Shown here piece by piece: positions 1 to 13,387 of a DNA stretch of 64,000 bases. The DNA is taken from the NCBI GenBank assembly GCA_964252035.1, contig OZ176208.1; one strand, written 5' to 3'. The stretch comes from Podarcis erhardii (taxonomy: Eukaryota). Under the pieces are notes generated by a model. The model was not told where the DNA came from and did not search any database. It saw only the letters and a list, made by a program, of their open reading frames with translations. The position numbers and the translations under genes were made by a program. Numbering within the stretch: position 1 is the stretch's first letter; each line of letters begins with the position of its first letter.

Positions 1-34
<34 letters not shown>

Positions 35-237
35 TGCTTCTCATCTGACTGGGTTGCCCCAGCCACTCTGGGTGGCTTCCAGTAAAATATATAAAACTCA
101 GTGAAACATCAAACATTAAAAACCTCCCTGTAGAGAGCTGCCTTCAGATGTCTTCTAAAGGTTATATAGGTGTTTATCTGTTTGACATCTGATAGGAGAG
201 CATTCCACAGGGTGGGTGCCACTACCAAGAAGGCCCT
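1..237 (-). mobile_element. L2-type LINE 3' end with (ATT)n tail, cut by the window edge
   Basis: (AAT)10 followed by catctgactgggttgccccagccactctgggtggcttcc, the same tail as at 10150-10353 (opposite strand) and 15731-15870. Confidence 0.75.
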
Positions 238-2647
238 TACTTACATAGAAACAGATAAGGGGAAAAGTCTTCATTTCTGTGGACATGGAGTATAATTATT
301 GACATTTGCTTCCAAGTTTAAAGATCAAAGTGCAAGGTTTGGTTTTGCTAGTCTACCTAATTGGATCTCTGTCACAACAACAAACCTTGGTTACTGCTTG
401 TGGTTTGTTTGGAGAGAAACAAACCATAAACCTGGATTTGGACATCACAACAAGCCAGCAGCTGGAGCAGGGAAGGAATGGCATGATAACTTTTTTAGCA
501 GTGTGCTCCAGCAGGCTATATTAAACTATAGTTTGTTTTAGAACTGTGGTTTAATGTGATGTGTACACCAGGCCTATGAGTAACTTGGTTATAACTTCAG
601 AAAAGGGAGACCTTTCATTGGTGAAACACACGCTTTCCATGCAGAATGTCCCAAGTTCAATCTTGGGGATTTCCAGCTCTACATTTATCCAATGAGTTGT
701 TGATATATTTCCCAAAGCCCTGTAGTTTCATAACATGGGCATTTCCCACAAACTGTCAAGAAGCACGTGTAGCTAGATGTCAAACTAGAAGAGAGGGGTG
801 AGTTTTGCCTGGCTACCTGGAGGAGAGGAGAGGTGGTTTGAGCAGAGCTGTGGAAAGAAGTCGGATAACTCTTACTCCAGATGTGCCCTCAATAAAAAGA
901 GCTTTAAGAAAACGTGATCACATGGAGGTATCTGTGCTTCTGCTCCATTATGCTGTTTACTGTTTCCTTTTATCTAGACACCGCAGCCATATTAATGGAA
1001 CATCAAAAGGCAGGAGAACAGGGAATAGATAGAGCCATTGTTGTGTTGGGAAATGTGGGTTGAAAGAAGCTCCACCAATGGGGGTAGAACAGGTGGCAGG
1101 AAAATGGAGAAGTTGACAAGATAACTGAGCATGAATGGAACAGCAAAGGTTGCAGAAAAGTGAAGACAGAATACAAAACCTGGGCAGCAATGGTAGTGGG
1201 ATACAGGAAGATGTCAGAACACTTGCGCTTTCAGAATTTATTTGCATTAAATTTAAATGGTATCTGCTTTGGTTTTAACTGGCTACTTAGATTTTTTTTT
1301 TAAATTAATTGCTGGCAACTCCTGCTAGCTTTCATTGCCTGTGTTGATTTTGATCCTTTCTCTCTCCCGTATTTAGCATTGCTTTTCTTTTCTAATTATC
1401 TTGCTGTTGGGTTGTTTCATTTATTGTATAGTGCTAGCCACCTTTTGTTGACTTTTGATAAGATAGGGTGATATATGAATGTTTAAAATAAAACAATAAA
1501 AAATGCCAATCAACAGATGATGAGGAAAGAAAGATATTTTTTATTTTTATTTAAAAAGATATGCACAGGTTGTTGATCTTGTGCGCTGGAAACTAGGTTC
1601 AAAGTCACTCTCCCTTAGCCTCGTTTTCCTCTACAGGGTTGATGCAGAGATAAATGTCATATAAACTGGAAGTTTCTATTGGCATTTCAGTCAGTGCTGA
1701 TTAATTCCCTTCCTCCAAATCTGAGATCAGAGAGAGATGGAGGAGAGTTGGTAAATTATCTAGTCCTTGGTCCTTTGGCTGTAACCCAAATGTGCTAGTT
1801 AAGATCAGTGGGAATGGATCACTTAAAGTGTTTTATGAGCACAAGTTTCTTTTGCAAATATTACTTCAGTTACTCGACCAGGGATAAATCCTTGCTGGGT
1901 AAAAATATAGCAGAGCAGCTGGTAAACAAAAAACAATAGAACAAGCCAAAAGCAATCCTTCTTATCTGACTTGGAACTCAAAATGGTCCTGTAAGTGGAT
2001 GCTAAAGTCCATGTAAAAGTGTGCTTTGGTGGCTTGTTAGCTTCTGCATCTGTGGCCTGCAAAATGGGTTATTTGGAGTCTGATGGAACTTTTAAAGATT
2101 TAAATAAATGTCTTGGCTTTTTCTTTCGAAAGCCAGCTTCCTTATCTGTGTCACACTGACCTAATTCTACAATGTCTCTTAATATGGCTCTTGCATTGGT
2201 ATCAATGAACAGAGTGTTTACTGTACACCACTATGATATACAGTAAGCCAATCCTGCCTTTGAGGGTCCCTCTACATGTGCCTTCCTCTGTTAAACCTAC
2301 AGGTATCTGTGAAAACATAGAAGCTGTGCCAAGCACACTTGGTCCTTGTTTGTGTATTCAACATCTTTTCTATTTCCTATCTGAAGTTCTGTGAAGACTA
2401 ATAGATCAGTCTCTGTTTTCTCTATCACATAGAGAAGAAGACAGCATTAAAAATATTAACAGTGTGTATTTAAGAATGAATTCATAGGAATGCCTGTTAA
2501 GTTGGAGGAGAGTCAAACATAGGCACGATTCTAAATTCTCTGCGGAAATATGGAATGATGTGTGTTGGTGCTAGTATTCTTGATCTCCAAGCCCATGACC
2601 CATTTAAGTTAAAATATGCACACTGAAATCTAGCTGAAGTTTAGGGG

Positions 2648-2825
2648 GGGAGCTATAGCTCAATGGTATAGCACATGCCTTGCATGCAGAAGGTCCTAGC
2701 TTCATGTTCCAACCCCAACAATTAAAAGGATTGGGTACAAAGGGATAGGAAAGATGTCTTACCTGCGGCCAGTCAAGAGTAAACAATAGCCAATGGAATG
2801 ACCGCTTGCCACAGTACACAGCTTT
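2648..2825 (+). mobile_element. Degraded tRNA-derived SINE (Squam2-like)
   Basis: tRNA-Ala-like head gctatagctcaatggtatagcacatgccttgcatgcagaaggtcc, homologous to 6513, 31619 and 49448. Confidence 0.65.
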
Positions 2826-2999
2826 GACAATTTGAAGTATAGGGGTTTCATTCTGAGGCGCACACACCCCTGTTCCACCCTTTTAGTGAAATTTCACTGA
2901 CGTCTTTATGACGTTTCTGGGTCACTTCCAGGTTTGCACGTATACATGGCCACACACATATTGAAAGGGGGCCGCCTGTACACCACATTATAGTGACAC

Positions 3000-3002
<3 letters not shown>

Positions 3003-3039
<37 letters not shown>
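3003..3039. repeat. (AT)n microsatellite
   Basis: About 18 uninterrupted AT units. Confidence 0.95.
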
Positions 3040-3040
<1 letters not shown>

Positions 3041-4714
3041 CAAGCATTTTAAATGTAAATCAGAATAATTATAAGTATTGGTTCTACAGTTTTCCCGTAG
3101 GCTTCCCACACACCACAAAGTAGCACAGTTTACTGCGATGTTACAAAATATAATTATTAGCTTTTTGCTTTGTTTGGTTTACTTTGTAATGTTTTCTGCA
3201 GAGTTCAGTTTGCATGAATAAGGTGAGTTGTGTGGGTTTTTTGTATTATCCAGAATCATTATATATATTACCATAGATCGTTGGTTTTTTTGACAAAACA
3301 GTGCACATCTTTTTGTCACTTGGCTAGAGCCTGCACAAATGCCTTCCCCAATGGAGTGACTTACATGACTGAATATAATTGACATAAACAAGAATAACAG
3401 GAGTGAAGAATTCTTTTGGCTGACTGGAAGCCAGCCTTTGTTCCCATGGCAACTTTTTGATGTTATGGTGCCTGGGTTACTAGCAGTGGGTTTCATTTAG
3501 TGTGTGTGCCGGAGGGGGTGGGCAGATTGGTAGCAATTTTAATGGGAATCTCACCTTTGCTAACCTAGTTTAAGGTTTCACAGTCATCTTTTCTCCCCAA
3601 CCCCCTTAACACAGCTCGCGACTGTTTTGGTTAGAAAGCTTTTAGGTATATAAAACAACAGATAAATATTAAAAGATATTCCACTTCATATACTTGTATT
3701 GTAATTTGGTGGCGTTTGCAGGAAGATGAATATTCCTGAGTGACTCTTAAACTACAATAGCTGGGCTTGCTGTGCTCTGAAATGAATGAGCACTTATACG
3801 GGGTAGTTCACATAAGAACGGCTGCCTAATTGCTTGCTTCACCTTTACTACCCAGAGTCAACTGTAGCTGCTTACACTGGCCGGAAATCCCAGCTATACT
3901 TCCTGCTCACTACCAGTTTACTTTCTGAATACTCTGTGCTTGCAGTGAATTGTGAAGTTCACTCATGCCTCTCGAGCATCCAGAGATGAAACACAAGCGA
4001 GTCAAGAGCCTCTACTTAAAACCAGGCGGGGCTGTTTTCTATTGAGGCTTGTATCCATGTGAATTGCTAGGTACTTCTGTAGGAACTATTCAAGGCTGTG
4101 TGTATTACTTTTCTAATATCCACACATGGTTTAAGAATGGGAATGTAGTATAGTGTGTTTTTCTTTCTTTCTGGGGAGTTCATGTCCGGTGAATTCACCC
4201 CAGGCTGTCCAAGCATTTTGTTAGATCCTCTGTGCCCTGCATTTCTCTTTGATGAACAGACATATCCTAGGAAGGGTGACCTCAGACACCGTTCTTATAC
4301 TGTTTACACAAACAGTGAATGGAGATATCACTGCATTCTAAAGGGTGGTCTGCACCCCTGTACCTTCCTGTGGAAACCACTGGAAATGCCACCTGTAAAT
4401 TTGAAAGATGCTCACCAGATGGAGAGTCCCAAATGTGGATGTTTCTTCAAATGGTCACCAAGAGTGCCCCATGTTATGACTATATATGCACTCTATAAGA
4501 ATTAAAGTCAGTTAAATAGATTTACATGCCTCAGTTGTGTGGTATAAAGTTTATAAATTAATCAGCAATGATTAACTAGGTCCTTCCATGGGTAAATGAA
4601 TGTTTCTGCCTTATCTTATCATATAATAGACTGTAATTTGTATTCAGCCTAACTGACACCAATGCTGGAGCTGTTTATGTGGCACTTGTTTTGTAAGTGA
4701 ACCCAGTATTTTTT

Positions 4715-4717
<3 letters not shown>

Positions 4718-4759
<42 letters not shown>
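4718..4759. repeat. (AAT)14 microsatellite
   Basis: Perfect trinucleotide run; explains the poly-N/I/Y ORFs at 4644-4999. Confidence 0.95.
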
Positions 4760-4760
<1 letters not shown>

Positions 4761-5149
4761 GCACTGTTGTGCCTTGCCATTGTTCTGTGCCAGTTTTCTC
4801 CAATTGGGTGCCCGCCAGGTGTCTTGACACACCTTCCATAAGCCCCACCCACTATAGCCAACAGTCAAGTATGAAGGTGTTATTGTTCAAACCATCTGAA
4901 GGGCACCAGGGTGCAGAAGGCACCATCTTTTTCTCTGCCTACTGTGCATGGTTCTATATTAGCCTTCAAATAAATTCCCAGGGTGGTTTTAAAAAATAGT
5001 AAGCTTTCTTAAGTAAAATCATTAGATTAAGATGACTCCCTCTTTGGCCTATACCAAGGGCAGTCCAACTTTTCATCCCAAGTGGGCTGCAAGAGTACTT
5101 TGACACAGAACTCAGAGGCTGCACACTGCCTTGCCGTGTGGGGGGTAAG

Positions 5150-5487
5150 GGAGCAAGACCCATATTTGATGCCCCCTGCCCTTGTGCTGCTTTCCCAAAG
5201 CGGTGTAAGTGAGGCACTGGGCTTTGGGAAGAAGGCACAAGGCTCTAGCAGGGTCCTAGAGACTTTCCATCTCCCTCCTTAGAGAAAGCACTAACTAGCA
5301 TTTGGGAAGGAGGAAGGAGGACTCTAGGACTCTGTCAGAACCCTCACTTCATTATCAAAGCCCAGCACCTTGCTCACCCAGCTTTGGGAAGGGCTGCGAG
5401 GGGAGGATGTGTCAGATGTTGCTGAGGGCCATCAAAAAAGGTCTCAAGGATCACACATGGCCTTTGTTTTGTGTGGGACCACTCTGA
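5150..5487 (-). mobile_element. Degraded hAT-like non-autonomous DNA transposon
   Basis: Reverse-complement homology to 28805-29090 (tgctgctttcccaaagc...taagtgag; tgttgctgagggccatcaaaaaaggtctc). Boundaries are approximate. Confidence 0.55.
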
Positions 5488-6512
5488 TCTAGACTAATCA
5501 AAGCCAAGAGGGTTAGGCTGTGGATGAGTATAACTGCATTTTAATGCAGAAGTTGTGGAATTAGAACTGGCTTTTGCACATGACGCCTCTCCAGTCCTTT
5601 GGTTCTAAGTGCCTTGTAATAATGGTGGCAGAACTCTGCTTTTCTCAGAATTTTTTGGACATGAATTGCTTTGATAGTGATCCCATAAGCTGTGTTTCCT
5701 TTCCGAGAAGGCACTATAGTACTATAGTATAGTACTATAGTATAACAGTACTCAGGTTTATCTGTGAGGAATGAATTTGCATTTTATGTGCATTCAACAA
5801 CGTGCTTGAAAGTGGGATGAAGCCTGAAGAAGTGGCCTGATATCTGTTTGTGGCCAACTGCAATTACTAATGGAGTCTGAACTACTGAAAGCACCTAGTC
5901 AATTTTATTGAGAGTCTACAGTGTGTCTGAGCACTTTACTGAACATTGGAGTAGCAGAGTTCAGGGTCATGGAAGTAGGATAGAGGAAATGTGGTAGTGG
6001 TGGAACTGTTATTTTGAGAGAGACTATGTAGTATACGTATATTGATCTGGAGGAGAGGAGAATGAGTTCCTCAAACAGAGCAGGTAAAGCTGGTTCAGCT
6101 CTAAGCAGAATATGTAAATTTTGATAAAGTATTCTGTTCACGTGATCAAGGAATGAGTGAAAGGTCTAGTGAGAATGCGCAGGCTGTTTTTCCCCATTGG
6201 ATGCTCAATATGTGGTACCTAGGGGTGTGGCCAGCAATATCAAGGAGGTTTTGACTAGCTCATATATTTTTGCTACCTGCTTCATGCATTCAATAGCTAT
6301 GGATACCAAATGGACTGTTAGGGCTTGTGCCTTCTGTCATTTTGTTTGCAACTAAAACAGCTTTTGCAAAACCCATTCCTCTCTACTCCAGAACAATTTT
6401 TCTTTATCTAAATATGCTATCCTGACTTTGGCCTACCCTATGTTTACTATCCAGGTAAGGTACCAAATGAATGATTACGGTTGTAAAATTAAGAAAAAGT
6501 GAATTGGGGGGA

Positions 6513-6696
6513 GGGTACTGTAGCTCTGTAGAAAAGTGCATGCTTGCATGCAGAAAATCCCATGTTCAATCCATGGCATTTCCCATTTGAAGGATCAAGT
6601 TGTAGGCAATGTTAAAGGCCTCTGTCAGAGTTGAGAATAGTAGGCTAGATGGACAGCTTGCTTGATCTAGTGTAAGGCAGCCTCCTGTGTTCTTAT
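6513..6696 (+). mobile_element. Degraded tRNA-derived SINE (Squam2-like)
   Basis: Head ctgtagctc...gcatgcttgcatgcagaaaatcccatgttcaatcc; tail ctagatggacagcttgcttgatctagtgtaaggcagcctcctgtgttcttatg. Confidence 0.7.
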
Positions 6697-7990
6697 GTAA
6701 CAAAAGAAGAGAAATAGAAGCCAAGAGGCAGGATGAGAAGTGAAGAGTATATGATGAAGCACTTCTGGTTTGAAGAAGAGAGGCTTGTGGTACATACCAC
6801 TGCAGTTCCATTAATTTCTGCCTTCCAGATTAGAGTCTGAAGTCACTTAGCAGTTTGCCATACTGAAAACCTTGCTTCAGTTTTTACACAGAAGGAGGTA
6901 TGTGTGTGGTGTTCCTCTAGGCTAAATGTAATATAGATGCTTCCCACTGATGACTCATAAATAAGAAATCAGATTTTGAGCCTGAAGAGCTTAACCCTGC
7001 AGTTGAAATGCTTTATGATGCCTGCTCTGTGATGTCCCATGGAAATGGTATCCTGTCATCTATGATGTACACATCCTATGCTGTTTGGATAGGATAACTG
7101 CCTACTAGTTCAGATTATGTTTGAAATAGATGGGGCTTGTTAATTCATTATGCTAGTCTGTGGCATTGAGTTATGGTATGGCTGGATCTAAGAACAAGTG
7201 GAAAGAATAGTTTTCTCAAGGAAGAGTAAGGATGGAAAGTTAGTAAGAAAAATGAACATTGTTACAGAACTAGGTTATATACCATGACCTTACATTGTCC
7301 TAACAAAACTGCACGGGGAGTTAAAAGTTCTGCCTGCCAAGTTGAATGTACATTTTCTGTTGTTGAATTATAAGAGGTTGAAGCATATTCAGGCTTGCAG
7401 GGCAAGACCTTGAATGACTACTGGATTTTGTCTGGGAGACTTAAAGGTCTCTGTATTACAGAATCCTAATATGGTGAGGGCACATTTTAAACTGCTGGGT
7501 ATTATATGATTTGGAAGGTTCTGTGGTAGTCACAAGTCAAAATGTTCACAGTCTTGGATGTGTGATGTCTTAAGGAGCAAAGGTGAGAAAAGACAAGTGA
7601 ATTGGTTGGTTGGGAGGACAGCGAAAACTCAAGAGTATAAAAAAGGGTTGGGGCCAAAACCATTTCTGAAGGAACCGTACCCTTTTTTTCCAAGAGTAGA
7701 TGGATAATACAATCTGGATCTTATTGAAACCATTGCAGCGTTTGCCATTGACTTATGCATGTTCAGTGAAGCTAAGCTAATTGCATGAAGCTTGAAAATA
7801 TCTGCCTGGTTAGACAAGCTCAGGAACTGCATAGCATCTTCATTCCCAAGGCATAAGAGCATCCCTGGTTTGCTTATAGTTCTCTGGAGCCTTGAAAATA
7901 GCATTTTGATGTGTCTAGTGTCTAAGATGTGGACAAAAAATAAATAAACTTTTGCCCATTGAAACTGATAAGATAATAAGGTACAGCCAG

Positions 7991-7993
<3 letters not shown>

Positions 7994-8039
<46 letters not shown>
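7994..8039. repeat. (AC)23 microsatellite
   Basis: Perfect dinucleotide run. Confidence 0.95.
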
Positions 8040-8042
<3 letters not shown>

Positions 8043-9753
8043 AAGAGAACTCAAAACTAATTCTAAATCAAACTGTGGGAAGTTTACATGTCACTATGAA
8101 CAACTTCTCATCAGACCCTTTTATGTTTTCTCTTGGTAGATGAACCAGAAAAACAGAAAAATGTAGTAGGAAGGAGTATATATTACATAATTTCAATAGC
8201 CAGCTGAATTACTGTGCACGTAATTCAAATTCTTCTACATTGTTTACTTTGGGATGTGAATTGCATAGAGTTTCAATGAAAATTGTTGGTGACAAAACCG
8301 ATGAATAACTGAACAGCCCATGAAAGAGTTGTGTCAAATCTAACGTTATTTCTTTTTTCCTTTCAAATGTAGCTAATATATTAAGAGTGCAAATGTTCAA
8401 GGTTGTATGTATTTCAAATTCTTTGCATTTACTTATTAATTAGTAATTATATTAGAAAAGGTGTAGAGAGCTAGCTCATAATTACTCATTTGGGCTTAAA
8501 TAAAATGCAGAAATTTTGGGACGTGTTTGTTCAAGTTTAGTAGTTAGAACTTGAAAACAAGCATTCCAGACATGATTTTTCATAATGGTTTAAATTTTTC
8601 CTCATATATTTAACATCTGGTTTGAGAAGGATAATAACTCATATAATCAGCTTTTAAACATGATTATCTACCGTAATTTTATTGATTTTTTTAAAAAATG
8701 CAAAATCCATTCTTTTTAATTAAAATTCTGCAGAAATGTTACCAAAGCCAACTTAGAAAGCCAAAAATGGACTTATGGCAATAGTTTGTCAAGGTCGGTA
8801 GTTTAAAGCCACCATTAGCATTGTTAAGCACATCAAATTAAGCTCATTTCCACTCATTTCCTGTAAAAGTGGGTAATGAATTACTCCAAGAGAGAAATGT
8901 GAACTAGATGCAGAAAACTTAGCATACAGACATAAAATGGTTCATTTAATAACACAGTGCTACTTAAGCTGCAATTCTGTATCTGCTTACTTGAGAGTAA
9001 GCCTCCATCAAATTCAATTGAATTTACACCTGAATAAATAATAGATAGATGAGTGCACTGTAAGCCATTCCAATTTATTATTTGTAAACTCTCAAGAACG
9101 CACACACTGAAGCTAGTTACAATTCTCTGTAGCCTTCTCTTCTTTCCTTCCAATTTTCTATTGTTTTCTTTTGCAGAGCCATTGGCCCACCATGGCTAAG
9201 CATGACTGAGCAAGGCTGAGAGTGCACAGAGTGAAATTTTTGCTCTTCCCCTGGTCCAGTAATTCCCCTGGTCCTAGTAATTTTGCTCTTCCCCTGGTCC
9301 AGCTGCACTATCCAGAGCTAAGCTGTAGTTTGGCTTAGTGTTACGTCAAAACCCAGCCTCGTGCTTTGTCTCCTTCTGGCAAACATTGAGTGATAAGCAA
9401 AGAGCAAACCATGGCTGCAGCTTGTAGTATATCTGGAGCAAGAGGAACCATGGTTTAGCTGGAATGAGACAAACTATGGGCTTGTGACTAAGCTTCAGGT
9501 GGCTCAGCAGCAGGACCAGGGGACTGCAAAGCAGCCACAGTTGTAACTCCATGCATTCACATGCTCACTTGTTCATGCTTTCCCTATGACTCATCTTAGT
9601 GTTATATATAAAGCAAGCCACTGTGTTGCTGGTTTATACATTTCTGCTGCCATGTGGGAGGCCACTTCATATCACTTCATATGAGAGTGATTACTGTGAA
9701 AAAAGTCTAAAGTGAATTGGGCGCTATTCACTACAAACTGAGTTGAGAGAAGA

Positions 9754-9758
<5 letters not shown>

Positions 9759-9810
<52 letters not shown>
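9759..9810. repeat. (GA)26 microsatellite
   Basis: Perfect dinucleotide run. Confidence 0.95.
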
Positions 9811-9813
<3 letters not shown>

Positions 9814-10149
9814 GACAGCCCATTTGGGAAATTATGATGTTTTGTTCACTCAGTAGTAAGAATGCTATTAAACTGGAGTGTATAAACTCTCTTCTTGTGT
9901 GGCCTATCACACACGATCTATCACACACCTCTCACGTAATGGCTATTTGGATTAATGTGTCAGTGAAGTTTCTCATGTTTATTTCTCATTTTTCCTTGTC
10001 TCTTAATGTTGTTAGGTGTGCAGAGATTTTGCACAACTGACTTGAAAGTGCTATCACATCCTTGGTTTTTATGTGGGTTGAGGAATAACAAAACGGGGGG
10101 CGGATTTCAATTATGTAACCATTGTTATATCTTTTATAATACATCTGTT

Positions 10150-10299
10150 ATATTTTTTTATAAGACATGTGAAGGCAGCCCTGTTTAGGGAAGTTTTTAA
10201 TATTTTAATATTTAATGCTGTATTGTTGCTAACACTTGATTGGGAGCCGCCCAGAGTGGCTGGGAAAACTCAGCCAGATGGGCGGGGTATAAATAATAA

Positions 10300-10353
<54 letters not shown>
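10150..10353 (+). mobile_element. L2-type LINE 3' end with (ATT)18 tail
   Basis: gggagccgcccagagtggctgggaaaactcagccagatgggcggggtataaataataaa followed by (ATT)n at 10300-10353; reverse complement of the elements at 1-237 and 15731-15870. Confidence 0.85.
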
Positions 10354-10355
<2 letters not shown>

Positions 10356-11110
10356 TGCAGTTTATGAGATGGCAGTATTACTAAAGGTTCTCTAGACCTA
10401 TCATAGAAATCTCCCCTAAATGTAAAGCTGAATATGTGTGGAGGGGCTTTGGAACCACTCTCTCCTGGCCTACCTCTGAGGTTGTATGTCTGACAGGTCC
10501 TTTTCTTGACATTAATATAATGAGCATGGACATCTGCAAAGTGCAGGCCAGATAACTACATTCAGCTGAAGGTTTCTTCTTTGCAGATTTTCAGCATGCG
10601 GGCATTCTGGGGGCAAAAGCAATAGGGCATGCATTAGAGATGGAACCAATACATGTGGATGGCAACATCTGAAGATGTTCCCGGCTCCTTGTGTGTGCCT
10701 AAATTGGACTAGGAGTTACACAGTGCTTAGCTACTCCCTCCTTAAGCCACTTGTGCAAACCCCTGCATGCTCTTACATTGCTCCCCTTTATCTGCTGTAC
10801 ACTTGCCATGCTTCCATTTCAGTGGGGATTTTGCAGGAGAACAGGGAAGATTGTGTCTCAAATCGTTAGGAGACATAGGAAGTTGTGTTCCCAGGCTTTT
10901 ACTGTGAGAGGGGCAGCTCTAATGTAGACCTGTCATTTGGCCTCATCTTTTTTGTTGTTGTTTTGTACCTCATGGCAGAAGAAGAGCACTATCAATTATT
11001 CTATTTAAAAAATGGTGTCATCTGTGAAGAAGGCATTATGCCTTGGAACTGCTGGAAACCTTGGTCATTACACCAAGAAAACAGAGCTTAGCTTACTCTC
11101 TTTAACAATA

Positions 11111-11352
11111 CAGTGGTACCTAGGGTTACAGATGCTTCAGGTTACAGGCACTTCAGATTACAGACTCCCCTAACCCAGAAATAGTACTTCGGGTTAAGAA
11201 CTTTACCTCAGGATGAAAACATAAATTGTGCGGTGGCGGCACGGCGGCAGTGGGAGGCCCCATCAGCTAAAGTGGTACCTCAGGTTAAGAACAGTTTCAG
11301 GTTAAGAACGGACCTCCAGAATGAATTAAGTTCTTAACCCAAGGTACCACTG
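11111..11352 (+). mobile_element. 242-bp Tc1/mariner (Tigger-like) MITE, copy 1
   Basis: TIR CAGTGGTACCT...AGGTACCACTG, TA on both sides (11109-10, 11353-54), internal repeats of caggttaagaac. Confidence 0.92.
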
Positions 11353-12398
11353 TACAGCTTGATTTTGTTCTGATATTGGGAAACTCTGACCTCCAAATAT
11401 CATAGAAATAAATTACTTGGGGACTGAGTACTGGGAGAGTATTTTTGTTATTGTCATCAAGGTAAATGCTTCCATTGTGATGTAAAGTGCCTCTGTCGGT
11501 TCTCCTTCAGTTGCCTTTGTCTGTAGTTTCATTTGACCTAGTAAATTCAGTGAGAGCAGAACTGCAGATTCGTTGCTGAAATAAAGTATGAAACCACATT
11601 TAATGCCACCCTGTATCAGGTTACAAATATAGGTACAGATGAATTATAGCAGCGACCAGCCTTAGTGCTGTTAGGCAGTGTTAGATATCACTTACTTGCA
11701 CAACTAAAATGTAAAATAACATTGCTCATCCATTCATATACATTTGCAAGGGCTTCCCTGAATGTATAATAAATAAGCCATTGTCATCATCCAACAATTG
11801 CCAGACAGTGTTATGCTGTTATGTAATGAATGTATAAATATCACAATGAGTAGGGCTAGTAAGCCTCACAGATTAGCAGAGGCAAAACGGGAGGAGGAGC
11901 ATTATTTCCAGTGTGGGATTAATGCACTGAATGCAGATTCATTTAAAAGGCAGTTTAGTTATATGCATGTAAGAGGCTCAGAGCCAATACAATCCTAGTT
12001 CCTAATCTGGTCTGAGCCACTGATATTTGTGACATGGCCTAGGATAAACTACTTGACCTCTTCCTGGCTCAGCTGGTGCAGCCATAAACCAGCACAAAGG
12101 CAACTGATTGTATTTAACCTACAAGAAAGGAATCAGGATGAGATCTAATCACACAAGTAGTTCCATGTGCCCAATGGGGCTTTGGGTTTAAGTTTCTCGA
12201 AGAACAGCCACATGACAGATCACTTCTGCAACTGTGTAGGCTCTTAAATTTAGATTGGTAGAAGGTTCCCAGACCCTATCACAGTGTGTCTGTGTGTTTT
12301 TTTAAAAAAAATTCCACTGGGCGTGCCCAAGCCCTCAGGTGCACCTGAAACAATTGTTTGGATCCCAGTTTAAATGGCACCCCTAAGTGCTTTTGTTA

Positions 12399-12448
12399 AC
12401 TCTCACTTTCATAATGAATGTGAACTCCCACTCTCATAATGAATGTGA
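12399..12448. repeat. 25-bp tandem duplication (2 mismatches)
   Basis: actctcactttcataatgaatgtga / actcccactctcataatgaatgtga. Confidence 0.85.
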
Positions 12449-13387
12449 AGGTTACATAATTTTGAAGCTGGAGAATTTTTAGACTGCAGACTTCCACTTT
12501 CTAATGTCAAATTATCCTGACACCATAATATACCATTTATGTAGCTGTGCACAATTATGAAATAGTCTTTGTATAGCTGAATAAATTTGGAACTTGATCT
12601 AAAACTCTTCTGGGGATATTTTTACTTTGCATCATAAAAAGCTGACAGAGTTAAAATTAGTGAGCTTTTAAGATTGTGGAATTTATGTTGTGTGCAAGGG
12701 GAAATAGGAGGGTGTAAAGGTCACTGTTGAGCTCATCCTGGTTCAGGGGTTTGAGAGTTAGAAGGGGATCCGGAAGCCATGCCTCTCATTACATTGGCAT
12801 GCAGTACACAGCACAGGCACTGCATTTTAAGCAGCATAATGTCAAAATCACACGTATAGTTTATAGCATTTTAATTATCACTCTACGATTCACCACTATG
12901 CTCCTTCAGTTTAGACACATTAGCACTGTTCACAGGTTCTGTTTTCCTACTTTGAATGCCACCGTGCCGCAACTTATGGAATTTATGGTGGAAAAGTCAT
13001 CTCCGCATTTTCCTACCTGGATGTTAGCCAATACTGCCCTGCAACAGTAGTCAGTGACATGGTTTGATGGTGGTGACAGTTTGTAACTCCCCATCTTTCT
13101 GCATTACCAGTGCTCCTGACTCCTTGTCTTTCCCATCTCTCCCTCTCCTGAGCTGGTGGATTTCTAGGAGAAGCTCCTTTTCAATCATAGTACCAGTTTT
13201 TACATTGAAGGGCAAGGGAAGACCTCTGGTCAGTTTCTTTAAAAAATACTACTGCTCTGTAGTATTGACCTTGAAGCCTTGACCTTCATTCATCTTCTTT
13301 TAAAGGAAGAAATGTGATTATCTTTTTAGAAGACTGAGAAAATATAATAATGAATCAAAGCAGTTCTGGGTCTTGCATCCTAAAATA

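Noticed and set aside
4644-4999. Poly-Asn/Ile/Tyr ORFs (also at 10169, 15626, 41347, 41614)
   Set aside because: Translations of (AAT)n microsatellites and LINE tails.
9310-9660. Possible third LTR (TGTTAC start, TATATATAAAG)
   Set aside because: No 3' CA end, poly(A) signal or TSD found; aaaccatggtttagc motifs fit a decayed palindromic MITE better.
13266-13285. TCAAGGTCA ERR/SF-1 site and DR8 on the minus strand
   Set aside because: A 9-mer is expected about 0.5 times by chance in this window.
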